Below, one piece after another: positions 36,927-42,994 of a stretch of DNA of 64,000 bases. The position numbers were made by a program, and so were the translations under genes. Positions within the stretch are counted from its first letter, which is position 1. Every line of letters begins with the position of its first letter. Source of the DNA: Defluviitaleaceae bacterium (GTDB taxonomy: Bacteria > Bacillota > Clostridia > Lachnospirales > WQUN01); contig WQSG01000001.1 of NCBI GenBank assembly GCA_009788055.1, forward strand, positions 461 through 64,460. Reading direction: 5' to 3'. Below the pieces are notes generated by a model that ran no database searches, had not been told where the DNA came from, and worked only from the letters and a program-made list of their open reading frames with translations.

Positions 36927-36990
36927 CCCGCCACTACAAGCCACATTTTAGCATTGTTTCATTTCTGTTTCAATAATGCCGTGTTTGTTT
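36927..36990 (-). promoter_or_regulatory. 64-nt repeated promoter module, copy A (upstream of the 911-aa gene operon)
   Basis: 61/64 identical to 41324-41387. On the minus strand it reads TTGAAA (36973-36968), a 17-nt spacer, then TGcTAAAAT (TAAAAT at 36950-36945). Confidence 0.6.
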
Positions 36991-37079
36991 TCGGTGTATT
37001 TGTGCAGGGCGTGGACGTGTTTTATTTTGGTTTATGTATTTTGGCGGCGGGGTTTGTATTATATTTCTTGGAATTTTCC

Positions 37080-37130
37080 AAGGTGTGTAGGTGTTGGCAG
37101 GTTTTTCTGCCGTCCCCGCACACCTTTTTT
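37080..37130 (+). terminator. terminator-like hairpin 98 nt upstream of the 37228 gene
   Basis: AAGGTGTG..GGCAG-gtttttc-CTGCC..CACACCTT followed by TTTTTT. No plus-strand CDS lies upstream of it. Confidence 0.45.
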
Positions 37131-37227
37131 AGTGGCATAACCCACGGGGCGAAGTATGAAGTACATATTTCCCTCGTGGGCGTTGCCTAAAATATTAGTC
37201 CGATATGGACAGGGAGGATTTTTTAAA

Positions 37228-38070
37228 ATGAAAGCGAAGAAATTTGTGATGTTTTGTATCTTGTGCGGCTTGCTTGCCTTGGGAATGGGTACGACTGTGT
37301 ACGCACAGCACGTAGCCACACCCACAACGCACAGAGTCTTGTTAAACGGAAGGCAGGTTCAAATTGCAGGTTACAATATCCGCGGCACAAATTATTTTAG
37401 ATTGCGGGATTTGGCTTATGTGTTAAACGGTACGGCGGTGCAGTTTAATGTGTCATGGGACGAAGCGGCAAGAGCCGTAAGAATTTACAGCAATACCCCA
37501 TACGTACCCGCAGGGGGTGAAATGCAGTATGTGCCGACGGGTGCGACTACTGCCATTATTGTAGATACGCTGTTTTATGTTGATGGACATGAAATCTGGC
37601 TGCCTGCAAGCGGAGGAGTGACCACGCAAAGCGGGTTTACTCACAGCGAACATCCATTCGTTGCCAATATAGGCGGAAACAATTTTGTTCAGCTCCGTTT
37701 GATTAGTACATTAGTTGGTGCTTATGTTGATTTTATGAGCGCGCATAGCACTATACTAATTAACACTAACGACATACGCGATTATTATCGGGGATTAAAT
37801 ACCGCTCAAAGATTTTTGCACAATTTTTTAGAAACAGGCGTATCTGAAATGTATCATATGGCACTGGATTCAAATGGTACGCTTTGGGGCTGGCGGGACG
37901 ATTTTTACAGATTTAACGATGGAGCTGCCGCACGCGTACACGTAATGGTAGAACAAGTCGGCGGCTTGTTGATAATCGCGTACACCATCAATGAATTGAA
38001 TGATTCCACCCTGTCCATTGAAGTTGATATGCCGGGGATTGGTTTTATTCACTCTACCTATAAGCGGTGA
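37228..38070 (+). CDS. secreted protein with two copper-amine-oxidase N-terminal-like (stalk) domains
   Basis: ATG at 37228 after GGGAGGA, and signal peptide MKAKKFVMFCILCGLLALGMGTTVYAQ. VLLNGRQVQIAGYNIRGTNYFRLRDLAYVL and VANIGGNNFVQLRLISTLVG are typical of this domain. Confidence 0.65.
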   Translation: MKAKKFVMFCILCGLLALGMGTTVYAQHVATPTTHRVLLNGRQVQIAGYNIRGTNYFRLRDLAYVLNGTAVQFNVSWDEAARAVRIYSNTPYVPAGGEMQYVPTGATTAIIVDTLFYVDGHEIWLPASGGVTTQSGFTHSEHPFVANIGGNNFVQLRLISTLVGAYVDFMSAHSTILINTNDIRDYYRGLNTAQRFLHNFLETGVSEMYHMALDSNGTLWGWRDDFYRFNDGAAARVHVMVEQVGGLLIIAYTINELNDSTLSIEVDMPGIGFIHSTYKR

Positions 38071-38100
38071 TTTTGTTGAATCTAAAAGGAGGTTTTTCTC

Positions 38101-38595
38101 ATGGGAGAAATTATAATTAGTGGTAATGGCAAAGATGCTGGTGACGAAAAGAAGATGTACACTATGATTGTTGTTGGCGGAATTATTTTGCTTGTTGTGG
38201 CGTTTGTATTTATCGGTATACTTACCGATTATCATACAGTTCGGGTCTTTCCCACCGAAATCGTGCGCGGAATTAGATTTGACAATCGTGTGGTTTCCGG
38301 GTGGTCTATAATGCTTATAGTTTTCGGCGGGACGCTGAGTGTTGTTGCTGTTCTTATTGAGTCACAAAGACCCCGTTTTAATTCCAAAATAGATGTTTAT
38401 GAAGCGGTAGTTTGCGGAAAGAGCCGCACCAAAGAAGAATTTGAGCTGAAATACAGCGAAATTTCTTCCGTGACTACCAAAGACGATAACGGCGCGAAAA
38501 GTATCAGCATAAACGTTGGCGGCAAAACTCATCAAGTGTACACATCCAAAGCCAAGGAAATCGCTACGGAAATCAACCAACGCAGAAATGCATAA
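38101..38595 (+). CDS. hypothetical two-TM membrane protein
   Basis: Two hydrophobic segments (MIVVGGIILLVVAFVFIGIL, GWSIMLIVFGGTLSVVAVLI) and a soluble tail. RBS AAGGAGG. Confidence 0.55.
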   Translation: MGEIIISGNGKDAGDEKKMYTMIVVGGIILLVVAFVFIGILTDYHTVRVFPTEIVRGIRFDNRVVSGWSIMLIVFGGTLSVVAVLIESQRPRFNSKIDVYEAVVCGKSRTKEEFELKYSEISSVTTKDDNGAKSISINVGGKTHQVYTSKAKEIATEINQRRNA

Positions 38596-38604
38596 TTTAC
38601 AAAA

Positions 38605-38645
38605 GCGGCGGGCTTAAAAAGCCCGCCGCGCATTTTGTTTTTGAA
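38605..38645 (+). terminator. intrinsic terminator after the 38101 gene
   Basis: GCGGCGGGC-ttaaaaa-GCCCGCCGC followed by GCATTTTGTTTTT. Confidence 0.6.
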
Positions 38646-38664
38646 TACCTATGCGTGACTCCTA

Positions 38665-39861
38665 TTACCATTCGCCAACAACAACGGGGATGGTTTTTTT
38701 AATTTCCGTGCCGTGGATGGTGGTTTTTATTTCGATTACTGTGTGCATGAAGGGGAGTTTGCGGAAAAGCATTTGGGCGTTCATGAAAGTGGAGAGTTTT
38801 ACATCGAAAGGGATTTCCGCCCGCGCACTTATGGGGAAAGTGGGCTGGGCGAAGCGGATAAAATTATCGGGGCAGAAAATGGAAAGCGTTAGGTTTTTGC
38901 CCGTGTTGTTTGTTATTTCAATAGAGCCGCGGTCTGTGTAGCGGTAGGAATCGCGGCTGAGTTTTAGCGTAAGGTGTGGCAAGCGGCGGTAGATGATTTC
39001 TATTGTATCGCCCGCGTTCGCCCCTTGTAGCGGGATGGACTCTTGTGCGAAAGTGTTGGTAATTTTTGTAGGGTCTATGGTGAAAGTTACGGTTGCAGTA
39101 TTTGTTTCGTCAAAGTCTGCGGAGGTTAGTTTGGCGGAGGAAAGGGTAAGCCAATTTGCTTCCGTCACAAGGGGCAGTTCGATGTAACCGGAGTCGGATT
39201 TTTTTATGTGAAATTCACCGTGGATGTTTTCTCTGTTTTCGGGGGCTTGGCAAAATTCCAAACGCGTTCCGCTGTTGCCATAGTCGCCTATGACGGAAAG
39301 CTGTGTTTTTTCTTTCAGACCGGACAGGATAAAAAAGTTGTCCATGGCGCGTTCGCGGTTGGCGTCCTTGTGCAGGGATTCGTATACTTCCATATATTCA
39401 TATCCGCCTGCAAGCAGAAGCATATAAAATTCGCTGTCTGTAAAAAGCCGCCGCGCCTGTGTTGGGTGGGTTTGCGCGTATTCATAAAAATCCCGTATGT
39501 TTGCAATCGTATGCCCGTCCGAAGTGGAAATGGACATCTTCGTAAGTTTTGCCGAAACTGGAATTTCTTTCTCGCCCCCGTTGGAAGTAATGAAAAACTT
39601 AGCCTCCAACGCTTCGCCAATGCCCAAGCCCGCCGTCTGCGCGTTAAACGTATACGATATTTCCGCACTGTTGCCCTCAAACTCCGACGGCGTAAACGTA
39701 AGCCCGCGACAACGCGAAAGAACACAGCCCCGCAGAATTCCGCCGCCTGTGTTTTTTATTTTGATTACCCCGTCATGAACGTCCTTTGTCTCAATAAAAA
39801 GGGAGTCCGTGTCCGCAGATAGGGTTGGTTGTGGGCTTTCGTAGTTAGTTGCTGTAGCCAT
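38665..39861 (-). CDS. uncharacterised 399-aa protein, probably beta-sandwich-rich
   Basis: Start at 39861 (MATATNY), 8 nt after GAGGAAA. The 75-aa N-terminal extension in the ORF track overlaps the Sel1 gene in another frame. Repeated G-x-I-x-I-x-N-x-G motifs suggest Ig-like modules. Confidence 0.7.
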   Translation of the reverse strand: MATATNYESPQPTLSADTDSLFIETKDVHDGVIKIKNTGGGILRGCVLSRCRGLTFTPSEFEGNSAEISYTFNAQTAGLGIGEALEAKFFITSNGGEKEIPVSAKLTKMSISTSDGHTIANIRDFYEYAQTHPTQARRLFTDSEFYMLLLAGGYEYMEVYESLHKDANRERAMDNFFILSGLKEKTQLSVIGDYGNSGTRLEFCQAPENRENIHGEFHIKKSDSGYIELPLVTEANWLTLSSAKLTSADFDETNTATVTFTIDPTKITNTFAQESIPLQGANAGDTIEIIYRRLPHLTLKLSRDSYRYTDRGSIEITNNTGKNLTLSIFCPDNFIRFAQPTFPISARAEIPFDVKLSTFMNAQMLFRKLPFMHTVIEIKTTIHGTEIKKTIPVVVGEW

Positions 39862-40774
39862 ATGCATTTTCCTCAAGTCGGGAATGTAATATCCCAAGGT
39901 TATACTGTGCGCGTGAGTAGCCTTGCTCTGCCGATTTGCGAAGCCAATAAGCCGCCTGTTCATAGTCTTGCGGAACTCCACCGCCGTTAAGATAGCGCAC
40001 GCCCAAATTGTTTTGCGCACGGTAAAACCCTTGCTCTGCCGCCCTGCGAAACCAAAAAACCGCTCGTTCATAGTCTTGCGGAACATCACCGCGACCGTTA
40101 AGAGAAAACCATCCTAAACTGGTTTTTGCGCGGTAACATCCTTGTAATGCCGCTTTGCTGAACCAAAAAGCCGCTCGCGAATAATCCTGCGGAACGCCCT
40201 CGCCGTTAAGATAGCGCACGCCTAGATTGTTTTGCGCACGAAAGTACTCTTGCTCTGCGCCCTTACGAATCCAATAAACAGCCTGTTCATAATCCTGCGG
40301 AACGCCCTCGCCGTTAAGATAGCGCACACCTAAATTGTTCTGCGCATGAAAGCACCCTTGTTCTGCCGCTTTGCGAAACAAGTAAACTGCTTGCGCATAA
40401 TCTTGCGGAACGCTCTCGCCCCTCAGATAGCGCACCCCCAAATTGTTTTGCGCACTGTAAAACCCTTGCTCTGCACCCTTGCGAAACCAATATGTCGCCT
40501 GTTCATAATCTTGCGGAACTCCATCGCCGCGAAGATAACGAAATCCTAAGCTGTTCTGCGCACGATAGCATCCTTCTTCTGCCGCTTTGCGAAACCAATA
40601 AATCTCCGATTCATAATTGAGTTCATCATGTTGAAAAACGGCTTCTGTACTTTGCGGTTCTTCAATCTCCAACAAAAAATGAGAATCAGAAGCAAAAATC
40701 ATCCCCACAATAAAGCCGAGAACAATAAGCGCAGTAGCCGAAAAAAATATTTTGAAAAATTTACTCTTGACCAT
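39845..40774 (-). CDS. membrane-anchored Sel1-repeat (TPR-like) protein, about 7 repeats
   Basis: N-terminal TM segment (FFKIFFSATALIVLGFIVGMIFA), then repeats of A.YWFRKAAEQG...AQNNLGVRYLNGEGVPQDYEQ. Confidence 0.85.
   Translation of the reverse strand: MVKSKFFKIFFSATALIVLGFIVGMIFASDSHFLLEIEEPQSTEAVFQHDELNYESEIYWFRKAAEEGCYRAQNSLGFRYLRGDGVPQDYEQATYWFRKGAEQGFYSAQNNLGVRYLRGESVPQDYAQAVYLFRKAAEQGCFHAQNNLGVRYLNGEGVPQDYEQAVYWIRKGAEQEYFRAQNNLGVRYLNGEGVPQDYSRAAFWFSKAALQGCYRAKTSLGWFSLNGRGDVPQDYERAVFWFRRAAEQGFYRAQNNLGVRYLNGGGVPQDYEQAAYWLRKSAEQGYSRAQYNLGILHSRLEENAYGYSN
39875..40603. repeat. 108-bp tandem coding repeats (Sel1 units)
   Basis: 36-aa units recur about seven times with recognisable DNA-level identity (e.g. 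CGCACGCCCAAATTGTTTTGCGCAC variants). Confidence 0.7.
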
Positions 40775-40797
40775 TCGTCATTCCCCTTCCGATAAAA

Positions 40798-41259
40798 CTA
40801 ATCTAACGGGATTTCCATTTGGTGGCGCAATCTTCGCACGGTTCCTTGCCTTCGGTAACGTACATCTACCAGCAACTCGCCATCGTTTTCCATGATGTTT
40901 ACCCTGAACGCACCATAAGGGATAGAAGGATACCCGCTTAATATCATACGGTGGGCTTCTCCGTGCAGTTGCACGACCAGCAACAACTGAGTATTCCGCT
41001 CCCTGCGCATTGCAGATGTATCGCCCCGCGTGCGGGAGTTCGGCAGAATGCCATCGGCATAAAATATTGGTGTCCCATGCCTAAATCGCAACGAAACTAA
41101 TTCTATCGCATGAGCCGTTCGATTCCTAATCTCAATCGTGGGCGTTACCCGAAAAAATACCGCATAACATACCATTACAGCCACAGCTAGTATTACAATC
41201 ACAAGCAAAACAGCAAGTAAAACTTCTTTGTAGAGTTCATCATATTTTGGTATCGACAT
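40798..41259 (-). CDS. hypothetical N-terminally anchored protein (153 aa), first gene of the Sel1 operon
   Basis: One TM segment (VLLAVLLVIVILAVAVMVCYAVFF). No family recognised. Confidence 0.55.
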   Translation of the reverse strand: MSIPKYDELYKEVLLAVLLVIVILAVAVMVCYAVFFRVTPTIEIRNRTAHAIELVSLRFRHGTPIFYADGILPNSRTRGDTSAMRRERNTQLLLVVQLHGEAHRMILSGYPSIPYGAFRVNIMENDGELLVDVRYRRQGTVRRLRHQMEIPLD

Positions 41260-41323
41260 TTTAGGACGCCCTTACTCATTAATATCATATTCAAGTTTTA
41301 CGCGCTTTTCTATGTCTTCTGCA

Positions 41324-41387
41324 CCCGCCACTACAAGCCATATTTTAGCATTGTTTCATTTCTGTTTCAATAATGCCCCGTTTGTTT
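41324..41387 (-). promoter_or_regulatory. 64-nt repeated promoter module, copy B (upstream of TM/Sel1/399-aa operon)
   Basis: On the minus strand: TTGAAA (41370-41365), a 17-nt spacer, and TAAAAT (41347-41342). It is 61/64 identical to copy A and lies 65 nt upstream of the 41259 start. Confidence 0.6.
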
Positions 41388-41397
41388 ATTGGGGAAT

Positions 41398-41428
41398 TGA
41401 ATAATTATGCTAATTTTGCGGCAAAATG
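41398..41428 (+). promoter_or_regulatory. possible forespore (sigma-G-like) promoter for the ger operon
   Basis: TGAATA at 41398-41403, an 18-nt spacer, and CAAAATG at 41422-41428. The -35 matches the sigma-G/F consensus well, but the -10 matches CATnnTA only partly. Confidence 0.3.
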
Positions 41429-41458
41429 TGATTGTAGAATCGGAAGGATTGTTTAAAC

Positions 41459-42982
41459 ATGGTTGTGACGAAAAAAAACATAGAGGACTTTAAGGGGCAG
41501 AAGCCCAGCAAAATTCTTGATGAGAACGAACAGCTTTGCAAGGATTTGTTTGGCGAAAGCCAAGATTATATCGGGCGGAAGTTTGCGCCCGGCGGGGCGG
41601 GTGCGCCGTGGTTGTACATGGCGTATTTTGACGCGATGACAAACCGCGAAGCGATGGATTTTACGGTAATACGACGGCTTTTTGATATGGACTGGGCGTC
41701 GCTTACGGAGGAGGAAAAGGGCGAAGGCATTTACGAAACCCTGCGCGACAGAGGAATTGCCACAACGGATATTTCCGAAACGGACGATATGTTTGACATA
41801 TTGTATTTCATTAACGCGGGCGACACGGCGGTTTTTATTGACGGCTGTGATAAGTGTATTGTTGTGGCAACGCGTGGCTTTCCCAACAGGGGGATTCAGT
41901 CGGCGGAGACGGAAGTGGTTGTACAAGGCCCGCGAGAGGCTTTCAGCGAGGTTATGCGTTTTAACACGGCTCTTATTCGGCGGCGCATAAGGGATAATCA
42001 CTTGGTTGTGAAGCAATCGAAACTGGGCAAGCGAAGTCTTACGGATATCGCCGTGGTGTACATGAGCGACATTGTGCGCCCGGAAGTGCTTGCGGAAGTT
42101 GAACGCCGTCTTGAATCCATAGACGTAGACGGAATTTTGGACAGCGGCAGCGTTGAACAATTTATTGAAGAAAGTTGGCTTTCGCCCTTTCCGCAGGTTC
42201 AGCTTACAGAACGCCCGGACAAGGCGGCTTCGTCCATTTTGGAGGGGCGCATTGCCGTTATTGTAGACAATTCGCCCTTTGTGATTATCGTCCCCGTTAC
42301 GCTTAACGCATTTTTTCAAGCGTCCGAGGATTATTACAGTCGCTGGCAGGTGATGAGCGTTACGCGGTTTTTGCGCTTTGTCGGGGCTTTTATCGCGGTT
42401 GCGTTGCCCGGTTTGTATTTGGCGGTGGCGTTGTTTCACCCGTCCATGATTCCGCTGTTGATGGTTTCGCGGTTGGCAGAAGCTTCGCAGGCAGTGCCTT
42501 TCCCCGCCGTAATCGAATTTATTTTGCTGGACGCCGCTTTTGAACTTTTGCGAGAGGCGGGCATTCGTCTAAAGAGCGCGAGCGGCGGCACGATAGGCAT
42601 TGTGGGCGGTCTAATCATTGGGCAGGCCGCTGTTGAAGCGGGACTTGTCAGCCCCATAGTTGTAATCATTGTCGCGCTTACGGGCATTGCCACGTTTTCC
42701 ATTCCCAGCGTGTCGCTGGTTTACGGCTTCCGTCTTGTAAAATATGTAGTGCTTTTTCTTTCGGCATTCCTTGGTTTTTTCGGCCTTATCATCGGAATGC
42801 TTCTCACGCTTATTCATCTTGCGGGCTTGCAGAGTTTCGGCTTCCCGTACTTGATGCCCTTCGCCGCGTCCGAACTCAGCAAGGGCGAAGACCTCAAAGA
42901 CAGCCTGTTCCGCTTCCCACTCTTTTGCCTGAAGCGGCGGCCGTTCTTCGCCAACCAAGATGAAGCTGTGCGGATGAAATAA
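41459..42982 (+). CDS. spore germinant receptor A subunit (GerAA/GerKA family)
   Basis: Characteristic blocks AVFIDGCDKCIVV, PNRGIQSAETE, VQGPREAFSE and IAVIVDNSPFVIIVP, with C-terminal TM helices. Confidence 0.85.
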   Translation: MVVTKKNIEDFKGQKPSKILDENEQLCKDLFGESQDYIGRKFAPGGAGAPWLYMAYFDAMTNREAMDFTVIRRLFDMDWASLTEEEKGEGIYETLRDRGIATTDISETDDMFDILYFINAGDTAVFIDGCDKCIVVATRGFPNRGIQSAETEVVVQGPREAFSEVMRFNTALIRRRIRDNHLVVKQSKLGKRSLTDIAVVYMSDIVRPEVLAEVERRLESIDVDGILDSGSVEQFIEESWLSPFPQVQLTERPDKAASSILEGRIAVIVDNSPFVIIVPVTLNAFFQASEDYYSRWQVMSVTRFLRFVGAFIAVALPGLYLAVALFHPSMIPLLMVSRLAEASQAVPFPAVIEFILLDAAFELLREAGIRLKSASGGTIGIVGGLIIGQAAVEAGLVSPIVVIIVALTGIATFSIPSVSLVYGFRLVKYVVLFLSAFLGFFGLIIGMLLTLIHLAGLQSFGFPYLMPFAASELSKGEDLKDSLFRFPLFCLKRRPFFANQDEAVRMK

Positions 42983-42994
42983 AGGAGAATACCC

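Noticed and set aside
36746-36938. A c-di-GMP riboswitch in the about 190-nt leader of the operon that contains the GGDEF gene.
   Set aside because: A GAAA-tetraloop hairpin is present (GGGC-GAAA-GCCC on the minus strand). However, I could not find the conserved GEMM-I/II core (paired hairpins with ACGCAAAGC-type junction sequences). It needs a covariance-model scan before any claim.
36894-37190. 98-aa plus-strand ORF in the 36746-37227 intergenic region.
   Set aside because: It has a TTG start without an RBS, runs across the promoter module and the terminator-like hairpin, and has a hydrophobic low-complexity translation. The region is treated as non-coding.
39862-40089. N-terminal extensions offered by the ORF track: 38665-40089, and likewise 58589-58696, 10052-10159, 37156-37227, 32386-32517, 45513-45599 and 50175-50291.
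   Set aside because: The extensions overlap neighbouring genes or repeat elements. Each has a downstream in-frame start with a good Shine-Dalgarno, and family alignments begin at those internal starts.
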